Below, one piece after another: positions 48,246 to 56,979 of a stretch of 64,000 bases of DNA. Each line of letters starts with the position of its first letter. The stretch's first letter is position 1. The DNA is taken from NCBI GenBank assembly GCA_016208765.1, contig JACQXK010000001.1, forward strand, positions 128,218-192,217, written 5' to 3'. The notes beneath the pieces are model-generated. The model made no database searches, was not told the DNA's origin, and saw only the letters and a program-made list of their open reading frames with translations. This DNA comes from Candidatus Omnitrophota bacterium. Lineage in GTDB: Bacteria > Omnitrophota > Gorgyraeia > Gygaellales > Profunditerraquicolaceae. Both the position numbers and the translations under genes were made by a program.

Positions 48246-48705
48246 CCGGCAGCACGGTTTGGCCGGTTTTACTTTTATTGAACTTTTAATCATTAGTATT
48301 ATTATCGGCATCCTGGCGGCAATTTCTGTCCCTCAATTTAAGAAAACATTTGAGAGTTTTCAATTACAAAACTTAGTGAAGGATGTCTCCTGTTTATTCC
48401 GCTATCTTCAGGCAAACTCAATTTCTCAGGCTAAGGTTTACGGCCTAAGGATAAATTTGGATACGAAAGAATTTTCTTCTTTTGTGAAGGAGCCCGGGAA
48501 AGAAGAGGCTCTCACCGGGCGCTTTGCGAAGGTAAACAGGTTTACAGAAACAATAGAGATTATTCTTATCCCTCAGGATAAAAGTGTTGTTTATTTTTAC
48601 CCCGACGGGAGCATGGATGATTTAACCATAGATTTTATTGACAAGAACAAGAAAAAGATGCAACTTGTTATTCAGGGGGCAAAAGGTGAGATCAAGATCA
48701 AGTAA
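48229..48705 (+). CDS. Minor pseudopilin (GspH-like) with a prepilin cleavage/methylation N-terminus
   Basis: MSETGNRQHGLAGFTFIELLIISIIIGILAAI matches the prepilin peptidase site G|FTFIE. Start moved to ATG 48229 from the track start at 48181. Confidence 0.75.
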   Translation: MSETGNRQHGLAGFTFIELLIISIIIGILAAISVPQFKKTFESFQLQNLVKDVSCLFRYLQANSISQAKVYGLRINLDTKEFSSFVKEPGKEEALTGRFAKVNRFTETIEIILIPQDKSVVYFYPDGSMDDLTIDFIDKNKKKMQLVIQGAKGEIKIK

Positions 48706-49066
48706 GGCATTTTCTTTAATTGAATTGTTGGTTACTATGGCAATACTTGCTGCGGGAATTGTATTTATTTTCCGTTCTTTTGCTGCTTCATTAGCCGGGG
48801 TTAAGCTAAGCCAAAATATTACTAATGCCTGTTTATTGGCAGAAAATAAAGTCTGGGAGATAGGCCAACATTATAAAGACGGGTTCAGCTTTCCTGAGCA
48901 AGGCGCGGAGGAATCAGGGGTAAAGAAATTTGATTGGAATTCTAAATTTTCTGATACTGAAATTGCCGGTTTAAAAAAGCTTGATTTAATTGTCTCTTGG
49001 CCGGAAGGAACAATGGCGTATTCAATGAATTTTTCCACTTTTGTTTACAAGAAGCAGCAGCCATGA
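48686..49066 (+). CDS. Minor pseudopilin (GspI-like)
   Basis: V/MRSRSSKAFSLIELLVTMAILAAGIVFIF prepilin N-terminus. GTG start at 48686, in frame with the track ORF at 48638. Confidence 0.7.
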   Translation: MRSRSSKAFSLIELLVTMAILAAGIVFIFRSFAASLAGVKLSQNITNACLLAENKVWEIGQHYKDGFSFPEQGAEESGVKKFDWNSKFSDTEIAGLKKLDLIVSWPEGTMAYSMNFSTFVYKKQQP

Positions 49067-49809
49067 GAAATTTACGGTCATTTACCCCGTTACACCCAGA
49101 AAGCCTCGGCCTTAAGGCTGGAGATGAATGGCAGATTAAATTTGAATCAGAAAGAAAGCCTCGCTTTTTAGGGTGGGGTGTAACGGGGTTTACTTTAATT
49201 GAAGTTTTAATTTCAACTACTATCTTTGCGGTGGTATTAGTTGTAATATATTCTGCTTTTCAGACAGGCGTCTTAAGCTATAACAAGATAGATTCAGCTT
49301 CAGGGGTTTATAACCCTGTAAGGGTTATTTTTAACCGTATAGAGTCAGATATTAAGAATACGTTTGTTTATAATAAGGATGATTCGCAATTCCATGGCAC
49401 AGAGCACGGCATTTATTTTTTTAGCATTAGAGACAGCTTTGATAAAGACAGTAACATTAATACAAATTTGGCTCTTATTAAGTATGAATTGAATGCCGAT
49501 AAGTTAAAGCGTAGCTGTTTAGTTGGCATTGATGTTTTGGATGATAATTCAACGCATCAGGCCCAGGATTTATTAGATAACTTAGAAGAATTCTTAATTG
49601 AGTATGCCTCGCGGACAAATGATCCGGATAATCCCTATCAGTGGCAGAAGTCCTGGCCCAGGGAAGGAGATGACAATCAAAAAAAGAATTTGCCTTTGGC
49701 AGTAAGAGTAACCATGGTTTTAAAAGGCACAGAGGAAAAACCCGGAGAACAAGAAAGAAGAATTAGTTTTACCAAAGTTATTGAATTGGCTCAAAGCAAC
49801 CTAAAATAG
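49064..49809 (+). CDS. Minor pseudopilin (GspJ-like) with an unusually long leader
   Basis: GFTLIEVLISTTIFAVVLVVIY prepilin motif about 40 aa after the ATG at 49064 (ATGA overlap with gspI). The track ORF starts at 48997. Confidence 0.65.
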
Positions 49810-49812
49810 TTT

Positions 49813-50829
49813 ATGAAAAAAGGCTCGGTTTTGATGATCAGTTTGTGGGTAATGGCGATATTAGTTGTTTTTGCTGTCGGGCTTGGGCATCGCGCTGCAA
49901 TTAGCTTAAAATTGGCGTGCTATCAAAGAGATAAATTAAGGGCAGTTAATTTGGCAAAGGCTGGCCTAAATAAGGCCATCGCTTTTATAGAGGTAGATGC
50001 TGTTGACCCGGATACAAAGGATTTTGACACAATCAAAGAATGCGGCATAAACCTTAAAGGAAGAAATCTTGAGGATATTTTTAACTTTAGTGAAAACAAC
50101 AATAAAGATGGTTTCAAGGCTGGTTACAAGAATTCCAGGCAGGATTTTATTTTTGGGGTGCGCGATGAGGAGAGTAAGATAAATATTAACGGTTCTCTTG
50201 ATGCTGACAAAAAAAGGGTGCTTGCGGTATTAAATTCCTGTTCTATTGATAAAGCCGCGGAAATTTCCGAATTAATTAGTGAATGGACAAAGCAGGGTTC
50301 AATAATACCTGTTGCTAAGAAGCAAGAGTTTAATGCCCCTGAGGAATTGTTGCCAGTGCTGGAGTATTTCTATAAACAACAAGCAGGTGAAATAGATTAT
50401 CGTAAAAAAGCTCAGGAGACATTTTCTGTTGTACGTGGTTTTATCACGGTTTTCCCGGAAGATAAATCAAAGGTTAATATTAACACTGTTTCTGAGCAAG
50501 TGTTGGTTATGCTGGCGAACTCGCTTGCGGTTGGAGATGAAACAAATCATGTGTTAAATGTATCTGATGAAATTATCAAATTAAGGGATTCAAAAGTTTC
50601 CTCGGGCCAGCCCTTTAAAACAAAAACTGACCTTGTGCTTGCCCAGACTGCAATTGACCCTGCAGATTCAGATAGCATAAATCTTTTTAATAAACTTACA
50701 GATGCTTTTGTTTTCAAATCACAATATTTTCAGATTGAAGTTGCCGGCTTTATTGGTAGAATAAATAAAAGCATTGTCGCAGTGTATAACCCTTATAAGC
50801 ATGAGATTGTTTATTGGCATGAAAATTAA
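49813..50829 (+). CDS. gspK: GspK-like pseudopilin
   Basis: N-terminus MKKGSVLMISLWVMAILVVFAVGL fits the GspK family GSxLIxVLWxxALL pattern. Confidence 0.8.
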   Translation: MKKGSVLMISLWVMAILVVFAVGLGHRAAISLKLACYQRDKLRAVNLAKAGLNKAIAFIEVDAVDPDTKDFDTIKECGINLKGRNLEDIFNFSENNNKDGFKAGYKNSRQDFIFGVRDEESKININGSLDADKKRVLAVLNSCSIDKAAEISELISEWTKQGSIIPVAKKQEFNAPEELLPVLEYFYKQQAGEIDYRKKAQETFSVVRGFITVFPEDKSKVNINTVSEQVLVMLANSLAVGDETNHVLNVSDEIIKLRDSKVSSGQPFKTKTDLVLAQTAIDPADSDSINLFNKLTDAFVFKSQYFQIEVAGFIGRINKSIVAVYNPYKHEIVYWHEN

Positions 50830-52252
50830 TTTTATCGCACATAACCGGAAGAAAACTGTTTTTGTTTGTCAGCTTTCGGATACTGTTTTAAAGGTTATTA
50901 AATGCCTCAGGACAGGTATAAAAAAACAGGTTTTGGGCGTAGAGGTTGAAAAATTACCTCCGGGGATTGATGATAAAAATATCAGCGTGAGGTTAGGTAT
51001 ATTACTTAAGAAATTATCTTATAATAATGATCCGTTTATTATTGTTTTAGCCCGCCAGAATGTAACTTGCAGGTATCTAAAAGTTCCTACTCACATTCCG
51101 GCTGAGATAGAAAAGATCGTCGGCCTTCAGGCATCGCGTTACCTGCCGTATCCTTCGGAAGAATTGGTCACTGGTTTTGAGGTTGTGTCGGTAGATAAAA
51201 CAGGGTATTCCGATATAAATGCAATCATTGTGCATAAAAATGTAGTTGAACGCCTGTTGAATATCGCTGCGGCGTCAAACATCAGGAAACCTTCTTTGAT
51301 TTTAAGCTCATTTGGCTTGTGTAATTTTGCTTATTATTTTAATCCTAAAGAAACATCTCCTATAATGGCCATAGATTTGGATAAAAACTTTGTTGAAATT
51401 GTTGTAGTTTCCTGCGGTAAAATGTTTTTTAGCCGTTCTTTCCAGATGCCGGAGCAGGAGGATAAATGGCAGAATGTATTTGCTGAAGAATTCAATAAAA
51501 GTAAATCTGCATATTTTAAGGAAGTGGGGGGAAGTGAACCGGTTAAGTATATTGTTAGTGGGACCAAAGATAGTATTTTTGCCGTTAGCGGTTATCTTAA
51601 AGAAGCTTTGAATTTAAATGTACAGCAAATTTCAAATATAGATATCCCTGCCCAGCCTGCTCTTATTAATGACTTGTCTCTCATGGGGATTTCTTTGTCA
51701 AGCCTGGTTGGCCTTGGAATAAATGAAATTCCACAATCAATTAACCTGCTGCCGAAAGCGCTTAAAGATAAGGCCCGTAAGGCATTGGAATTAAGCGACA
51801 GGATAAAATTGACCCTTGGTATCCTGGCGATAGTATTTATCTTTAGCCTGGGTTTGGCGAAGAATATCAATAACAAGACAATATATTTGCAAAAACTTAA
51901 GGCAGAACTTGCAAAGATTTCTAATGAGGCAAAGCCTTTAGAAGAGATTGATAAACGTTTTAAGCTCTTGGAAGGCCGTTCCAGGATAAAAATGTCCAGC
52001 CTTGATTTGCTTTATGAGCTTTCGCAAAATCTGCCTGAATCGGTGAACTTGCTTAGTTTTACTTACGAGGAAGGTAATCAGGCTGTTTTGCGCGGGCAAT
52101 CCAAGGATCTCAACTCAGTATTTAATTTTATGAATAAGCTTGAGAAGGCTCCTGTATTTAAGCAATTTAATATTAAGCTACGCTATGTAACACAGAAGAA
52201 ACTGCAGTCAGGTGATGTGGTGGATTTTGAAATTATTTGTGCCAAATACTGA
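50819..52252 (+). CDS. PilM-like actin-fold / PilN-like fusion (GspL-analogue) assembly protein
   Basis: N-terminal ~330 aa have a PilM/FtsA-like pattern. A TM helix (LTLGILAIVFIFSLGLA) is followed by a coiled-coil periplasmic region. Start placed at ATG 50819. Confidence 0.65.
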   Translation: MKINFIAHNRKKTVFVCQLSDTVLKVIKCLRTGIKKQVLGVEVEKLPPGIDDKNISVRLGILLKKLSYNNDPFIIVLARQNVTCRYLKVPTHIPAEIEKIVGLQASRYLPYPSEELVTGFEVVSVDKTGYSDINAIIVHKNVVERLLNIAAASNIRKPSLILSSFGLCNFAYYFNPKETSPIMAIDLDKNFVEIVVVSCGKMFFSRSFQMPEQEDKWQNVFAEEFNKSKSAYFKEVGGSEPVKYIVSGTKDSIFAVSGYLKEALNLNVQQISNIDIPAQPALINDLSLMGISLSSLVGLGINEIPQSINLLPKALKDKARKALELSDRIKLTLGILAIVFIFSLGLAKNINNKTIYLQKLKAELAKISNEAKPLEEIDKRFKLLEGRSRIKMSSLDLLYELSQNLPESVNLLSFTYEEGNQAVLRGQSKDLNSVFNFMNKLEKAPVFKQFNIKLRYVTQKKLQSGDVVDFEIICAKY

Positions 52253-52266
52253 GTTACCGATAAATA

Positions 52267-52797
52267 ATGCAGAAAATATTATCTAAAAGAGAAGAAACAA
52301 TTTTATTTTCAACTATCGGCATGATTGTGTTTTTTGTTTTTTTTAATTTTGTCATTTCTCCGGCCATTGATAAATATGAGGCTTTAAATAAAGAGATAAC
52401 TATAACCAAGGTAAAATTTAGAAAGTGCCTGTCACTTCTTAATCGTAAAAGCTATATAGAAAGTCATTATCGTAAATTTTCTGCCCAGGCAGCGCTTCCC
52501 AGTGAAAAAGGAGATTCTCTGGTAGATGTTTTATCAGAATTAGAGGGATTTGCGAAAGAAGCAAATATGCGTATTGCTGATATGCGCCCGCAAGGCCAGA
52601 GAAACGTGGATTTATATAAAGAATATATGATAGATATTAAATTAGAAGGAAATATTGAAGGTTTTTTAAAATTCATTTTCAATGTTGAGAATTCTTTATC
52701 TCTTTTGCGTATTAAAAAGTTTCAACTTTCTGCCAAGCAGCAATCCGGCCTTTTAGAAGGAACATTTTCTATTTCCAAATTAGCATTAAATGAATAA
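52267..52797 (+). CDS. PilO/GspM-like bitopic assembly protein
   Basis: N-terminal TM (ILFSTIGMIVFFVFFNFVI), then a coiled coil and an alpha/beta periplasmic domain. Confidence 0.55.
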   Translation: MQKILSKREETILFSTIGMIVFFVFFNFVISPAIDKYEALNKEITITKVKFRKCLSLLNRKSYIESHYRKFSAQAALPSEKGDSLVDVLSELEGFAKEANMRIADMRPQGQRNVDLYKEYMIDIKLEGNIEGFLKFIFNVENSLSLLRIKKFQLSAKQQSGLLEGTFSISKLALNE

Positions 52798-52821
52798 TGC
52801 ACACAGTTTCTGAAATTATAC

Positions 52822-52850
52822 TTGACATAAGTCGGTAGGTGTGTTAAAGT
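52822..52850 (+). promoter_or_regulatory. Sigma70-type promoter with a TGTTAAAGT extended -10
   Basis: TTGACA (52822-52827), 17-nt spacer, TAAAGT (52845-52850) preceded by TGT. The same GTGTTAAAGT -10 block lies 16 nt after a TTGACA upstream of hppA (21114-21141). Confidence 0.45.
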
Positions 52851-52893
52851 TATAACAAATTTGGAAGCATCAAACACACAAAGGAGGTGTAGG

Positions 52894-53568
52894 ATGAGTA
52901 GTTGGCAAGTGGTTTTGTTGGAACCGGCAAGAACGGTACTCACCCAGATTGGTCAGTTTTTGGTAAATGTTTTATTGGTATTAATCATCCTTATTATAGG
53001 TTGGGTTATTTCAAGGATGATTAAGGCGGTAGTTACCAAGGGCCTGAGGCTTTTGCGGGTTGATGCGATATCTGAAAAGATAGAATTAGACAATATTCTA
53101 GAAAAAGGCGGAATTGCTTATTCATTGTCAGAATTGTTAGGGGTAATTTGCTATTGGTTGGCAATCTTAGTAACTTTTGTTGTTGCTCTTTCAACGGTGA
53201 ACTTGATTACACCAAGTGTCTTGGATAGTGTTGTTTCTTATATACCCAATGTGATCGTTGCGGTGTTTTTGCTTATTTTGGGTATGTTTTTGGCGAATAT
53301 GCTTAAAAATATTGTGCAGGCAGCGGCAAATAATGCAGGGCTTCGCCAGGGAAAACTTTTAGGTAGTATTGTGAGTTTTCTGATTGTTGCATTTGCTATT
53401 TTAGCTGCTTTGGAGCAATTAAAAATTGGTGTTAAGATTACAGAGTTAACATTAAGTATTATTTTAGGGACAGTTGGCTTGGGCCTTGCTTTGGCATTCG
53501 GTTTAGGATGCAAAGATGTTGCCGGCAAATTTGTTTCTGAATTGGTTGAAACCATCAAAAAGAAATAA
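52894..53568 (+). CDS. Membrane protein with repeated conserved-TM-helix modules (MscS N-terminal-like)
   Basis: Four or five ~25-aa hydrophobic repeats (e.g. VLTQIGQFLVNVLLVLIILIIGWVISRMI). Start placed at ATG 52894 with an AAAGGAGG RBS. Confidence 0.55.
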   Translation: MSSWQVVLLEPARTVLTQIGQFLVNVLLVLIILIIGWVISRMIKAVVTKGLRLLRVDAISEKIELDNILEKGGIAYSLSELLGVICYWLAILVTFVVALSTVNLITPSVLDSVVSYIPNVIVAVFLLILGMFLANMLKNIVQAAANNAGLRQGKLLGSIVSFLIVAFAILAALEQLKIGVKITELTLSIILGTVGLGLALAFGLGCKDVAGKFVSELVETIKKK

Positions 53569-53590
53569 TGTTGCTTTAAGATATTTAGCA

Positions 53591-53628
53591 AAAAACCCCG
53601 CGCTGACTTAAGTGCGGGGTTTTTTGTT
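53591..53628. terminator. Rho-independent (bidirectional-type) terminator
   Basis: aaaaaCCCCGCGCtgacttaagtGCGGGGttttttg. Confidence 0.75.
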
Positions 53629-53654
53629 GTGAAAGAAAATAAGAAAAGGTTGGA

Positions 53655-53882
53655 ATGGAAGATAATAGGAAAGCAGAATCTTGCTGGGAGTTTCTTGATT
53701 GTCCTGATGAAGTCAAGTCAATGTGCCCTGCCTATAAAACAAATTCAGGAAATGAATGTTGGATGGTCGCGGCTAGTTTTATGGCAACTGATACGAGGTG
53801 CCCGAGGGCAGGAAAAGATTTTAAACGTTGCTGGGAGTGTTCCTGGTTTAAGGAAGCTAACCCTAATTTTGGTAAACAATAA
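53655..53882 (+). CDS. Cys/Trp-rich miniprotein (75 aa) with paired CW motifs
   Basis: ESCWEFLDCP, CPAYK, NECWMVAASF, CPRAGKDFKRCWECSWF: eight Cys and five Trp in a zinc-ribbon-like arrangement. Preferred over the overlapping alternative-frame ORF 53629-53904, which starts inside the terminator T-run and has low-complexity content. Confidence 0.5.
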   Translation: MEDNRKAESCWEFLDCPDEVKSMCPAYKTNSGNECWMVAASFMATDTRCPRAGKDFKRCWECSWFKEANPNFGKQ

Positions 53883-53900
53883 GGCTAAGAGGTCTCTTTT

Positions 53901-54692
53901 ATGAAGACTAAATTATTTTATTTTTCCGGGACAGGCAACTCTTTAAAAATAGCGCGTGATTTAGCTGAGGCATTAGGGGAAGCAGAGATCATCCCGCTTT
54001 CAAAAGCCATGGTTAATGATGAGGTGATTATAGATTCTGAATGTATGGGGATCATCTTCCCGGTTTATATGTTTGGAACACCTTTAATTGTAAACGAATT
54101 TATTAAGAAATTAAGATGTGCTAAAGAGCAGTACATTTTTGCTGTAGCAACGTATGGCGGCAGAGCAGGAAGCGCTCTTTTACAAGTAAAAGACAGGTTA
54201 TCCAAGCGCGGGCTTAAACTGTCTGCAGGATTTGCCGTGCTTATGCCGGGTAATTATACGCCGCTTTACGGCGCCATTACCCCAGAAAAGCAGCAAAAGA
54301 TATTTGACAGAGAAAAAATAAGGATTACAGAAATAGCTCAGATTGTAAAAGAGAGAAGGCCGTTTCGGATTGAGAGAAGCTCGGTAGTCTTTAATTTTCT
54401 TTCTAATTTTATTTATAAACTTTGCGCGCCGCATGTGTATAAAATGGACAAAGGTTTTTGGGTGGATGCAAAATGCAATAGTTGCGGCATATGTCAAAAA
54501 GTTTGCCCTGTTAGTAATATTAGAATGAAAGATGGCCATCCTGCATGGCTTGGCAGGTGCGAGCAGTGCCTGGCTTGTTTGCAGTGGTGCCCGCAGGAAG
54601 CGATTCAATATGGCAAGTCTACTTCCGGACGTAAACGCTACCACCATCCTGATGTTAATATACAAGATGTTATCCTGGGTGAGGAAAAATGA
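53901..54692 (+). CDS. Flavodoxin-like / 2x[4Fe-4S] ferredoxin-domain protein (EFR1-type)
   Basis: N-terminal flavodoxin-like LFYFSGTGNSLKIARDLA. C-terminal CNSCGICQKVCP and CEQCLACLQWCP cluster motifs. Confidence 0.75.
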   Translation: MKTKLFYFSGTGNSLKIARDLAEALGEAEIIPLSKAMVNDEVIIDSECMGIIFPVYMFGTPLIVNEFIKKLRCAKEQYIFAVATYGGRAGSALLQVKDRLSKRGLKLSAGFAVLMPGNYTPLYGAITPEKQQKIFDREKIRITEIAQIVKERRPFRIERSSVVFNFLSNFIYKLCAPHVYKMDKGFWVDAKCNSCGICQKVCPVSNIRMKDGHPAWLGRCEQCLACLQWCPQEAIQYGKSTSGRKRYHHPDVNIQDVILGEEK

Positions 54693-55633
54693 AAAAGAAG
54701 TTTATTATTATTCTGATTTGTTTTTTATCTCTGGTTGTTTTTTGTGTTGTCAGGGATTTTGTGATTAAGAACATTATTACAGTGGTCGTTACAAATGTTA
54801 CAGGGGCTCCTACTAATGTAGGAGGATTTTCTCTTAGCGTTATAAGGCAGTCTGTTAAGATAACTAATTTTAAAATGTATAGCCCTGAGGGATTTCCCAG
54901 GGATATTATGATCGATATTCCTTTGATGCGTGTTAGTTGCGATCTGCCCTCAATCTTAAAAGGAAAGATTTATCTTAAGGAGTTGGTTTTGGATTTAAGG
55001 GAGATGGGTTTGGTAAAAAATAAAGAAGGTAAACTAAACGTTGACTCGCTTAAAATCTCTCAGGCAAAAGGCGAGGTGAAGAAATCTACCAAGCAGATGC
55101 CCATACAAATAGATTTGGTGCAGTTAAATATTGGAAGAGTAGTAAATAAGGATTATAGTGCTCAGGGTGGCCCGGTAATCAAGGTGTATGATGTAGGAGT
55201 TAAGAAAACTTATAAAAATATTAGCAGTATTCAGCAGCTAATCGCGCTTATTATTGCAGAGTCATTAAAAGCAGCCGGTATACGGGGGCTTGGCATATAC
55301 GGTGTTTCTATGTTGACCGGAGTTGCAGCGCTTCCTGTGGCGGCAGCTTTTACTTTTGGCGGCAAAGATTATGCGCAGCAAGATTACAGTATTTCTTGGG
55401 ACAGGGCGTATGATGTAGGTTTAGCTGTGTTAAAAGAGTCGGGGAGAATAGGGAATGAGAACAAGGCCACCGGAGTGATCAGCGCTGATGTTGGAGGGGT
55501 CCAAGTAACGTTTAAGCTACAGAAAATATCAAATAATTCCACCCGAGTTACAGTTTCTGCCCGAAAGTTTATTCTTCCTCAGCCTGAAGTGGCTGCCGGA
55601 GTAATGTATAGAATATCGGAGAAACTCAAGTAG
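54689..55633 (+). CDS. Membrane-anchored AsmA-like N-terminal-domain protein
   Basis: Signal anchor, then a region (ITNFKMYSPEGFPRDIMIDIPLMRVSCDLPSILKGKIYLKELVLDLREMGLVKNKEGKLNVDSL) resembling the AsmA/DUF748 N-terminal domain. Confidence 0.45.
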   Translation: MKKKFIIILICFLSLVVFCVVRDFVIKNIITVVVTNVTGAPTNVGGFSLSVIRQSVKITNFKMYSPEGFPRDIMIDIPLMRVSCDLPSILKGKIYLKELVLDLREMGLVKNKEGKLNVDSLKISQAKGEVKKSTKQMPIQIDLVQLNIGRVVNKDYSAQGGPVIKVYDVGVKKTYKNISSIQQLIALIIAESLKAAGIRGLGIYGVSMLTGVAALPVAAAFTFGGKDYAQQDYSISWDRAYDVGLAVLKESGRIGNENKATGVISADVGGVQVTFKLQKISNNSTRVTVSARKFILPQPEVAAGVMYRISEKLK

Positions 55634-55711
55634 AGAAAAAAGATATGCAAAAGACTTTAGCGGCTGTATTTTGTATTTTTCGCGGGGCATTGGTTAAATA
55701 ATCCTGACAAC

Positions 55712-55765
55712 TTGTCGGCAATGGGGTTTGCCTTTAACTGCCTTAACGGCTGATAACTCCTACTA
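55712..55765 (+). promoter_or_regulatory. Fluoride riboswitch (crcB motif)
   Basis: tcGGCaATGGgGTTtGCCtttAACtGCCttaacGGCTGATaAcTCCTAC matches the consensus GGCGAUGGnGUUCGCC...AACYGCC...CUGAUGAUYCCUAC. It sits 20 nt upstream of the crcB GTG and its AGGAGG RBS. Confidence 0.75.
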
Positions 55766-55782
55766 AAAAAAGGAGGTATTAA

Positions 55783-56169
55783 GTGTTAAGGTTTTTTTTG
55801 GTTGCAGCAGGTGGAGCGATTGGAACGGGTTGCAGGTATCTGCTCTCAGGCCTTGATTATAAATTATCAGGAGGCATTTTTCCTGTCAGTACAATTTTTA
55901 TTAATCTTCTCGGTTCTTTTGTAATAGGCATTCTCTGGGGGCTTTTTGAACGCTCGGCTATATCTCCAAATATGAGGATGTTTGTTTTTATCGGTGTGCT
56001 TGGCGGGTTTACGACATTCTCAACTTTTTGCCTTGAGAATTTTAATCTTATCAGAGACGGAGAATTAAGGATTGCGCTGTGGAATATTCTTTTTAGTAAT
56101 TTGTTCGGGCTTCTGTTTGTGTTTATTGGTTTTGCTATCTCAAGATATTTGTTAAACATGCTAAAATAA
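55783..56169 (+). CDS. crcB: Fluoride ion channel CrcB/Fluc
   Basis: GGAIGTGCRYLLS motif and four TM segments. GTG start. Confidence 0.9.
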   Translation: MLRFFLVAAGGAIGTGCRYLLSGLDYKLSGGIFPVSTIFINLLGSFVIGILWGLFERSAISPNMRMFVFIGVLGGFTTFSTFCLENFNLIRDGELRIALWNILFSNLFGLLFVFIGFAISRYLLNMLK

Positions 56170-56179
56170 GGGGTGAGAT

Positions 56180-56512
56180 ATGAAGTTACCGGAAGAAGGA
56201 ATGCTTTTAAGGATTTTTGTTGGCGAATCAGACCATTACCAGGGAAAGGCGCTTTACGAACAGGTTGTTTTAAAGGCAAGGGAAATCGGCCTTGCGGGGG
56301 CGACGGTAATCCGGGGGATAATGGGTTTTGGCGCGGATAGCCGGATGCACACAGCTAAATTGCTGCGGCTTTCAGAAGATCTGCCGGTTGTAATTGAGCT
56401 TGTTGACACGGAAGCAAATCTGAATAAATTAATGCCGTTTCTTGATGATGCAGTAACTGAAGGCCTTATTACGCTTGAAAAAGTCAGGGTAATAAAATAT
56501 CGGCATGCCTGA
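56180..56512 (+). CDS. DUF190 (PII-like) protein commonly co-regulated with crcB
   Basis: LLRIFVGESDHYQGKALYEQVV...VIRGIMGFG pattern of the DUF190 family, which is known to accompany fluoride riboswitches. Confidence 0.8.
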   Translation: MKLPEEGMLLRIFVGESDHYQGKALYEQVVLKAREIGLAGATVIRGIMGFGADSRMHTAKLLRLSEDLPVVIELVDTEANLNKLMPFLDDAVTEGLITLEKVRVIKYRHA

Positions 56513-56547
56513 GTTTGACTGAAGTTTTTTTTTGGCCTACCTAAATC

Positions 56548-56590
56548 GGCGGTTCTAATTTCTTGTGGAAATAGAACCGCCCTTTTTATA
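56548..56590. terminator. Rho-independent terminator after the crcB-DUF190 unit
   Basis: GGCGGTTCTA-atttcttgtggaaa-TAGAACCGCC followed by CTTTTTAT. Confidence 0.7.
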
Positions 56591-56637
56591 ACTAGATTAA
56601 TTAAGAAAAGATTGACAAAGATACTGCATATGGTAAA

Positions 56638-56663
56638 CTTGTTATGAACATATGTTCATAACA
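56638..56663. promoter_or_regulatory. 26-nt perfect palindrome (candidate operator) overlapping the promoter of the DUF134 regulator operon
   Basis: TTGTTATGAACATATGTTCATAACAA is identical to its reverse complement. TTGACA at 56613-56618 and a TAAACT-like -10 lie just upstream, and the palindrome covers the -10/+1 region. The DUF134 gene start is at 56671. Confidence 0.6.
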
Positions 56664-56670
56664 AAGGAGT

Positions 56671-56979
56671 TTGATAATGAGGCCAAAGAAGACAAGGTGG
56701 ATTAAATGCGCCCCGCAGGAAAGATGTTTTAAGCCCTTATGTAAACCGTTAAGCAAATTAGAAGATGTTTATTTGACGCTTGATGAGTTTGAGGCTGTGC
56801 GTCTTGCTTGTGTTGAAGGATTAAAACAAATTGACGCCGCTAAGAAACTAAAGATTTCCAGGCCGACATTTTCAAGGATTTTGACTTCAGCCCAGAATAA
56901 AATTGCTGATGGTTTAGTTAATATTAAGGCGATCAGGATTGAGGGTGGTTGTTGTAAAATTGCAAAGAGGAGCAAATAA
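56671..56979 (+). CDS. DUF134/UPF0251-family putative DNA-binding regulator
   Basis: N-terminal Cys-containing region (KCAPQERCFKP) and a sigma-70 region-4-like HTH (LTLDEFEAVRLACVEGLKQIDAAKKLKISRPTFSRIL). Confidence 0.75.
   Translation: MIMRPKKTRWIKCAPQERCFKPLCKPLSKLEDVYLTLDEFEAVRLACVEGLKQIDAAKKLKISRPTFSRILTSAQNKIADGLVNIKAIRIEGGCCKIAKRSK

Noticed and set aside
48108-48311. 67-aa minus-strand ORF over the gspG remnant/gspH start
   Set aside because: Antisense to pseudopilin sequences. Its hydrophobic translation is the mirror of the prepilin helix codons.
53629-53904. 91-aa + strand ORF overlapping the Cys-rich miniprotein in another frame
   Set aside because: It starts with a non-ATG codon inside the terminator T-run and has a low-complexity translation. 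The alternative frame yields a metal-binding Cys/Trp pattern and a plausible ATG. Retained only as an ambiguity.
54198-54665. 155-aa minus-strand ORF inside the EFR1 ferredoxin gene
   Set aside because: Antisense to a gene with clear flavodoxin/4Fe-4S motifs.
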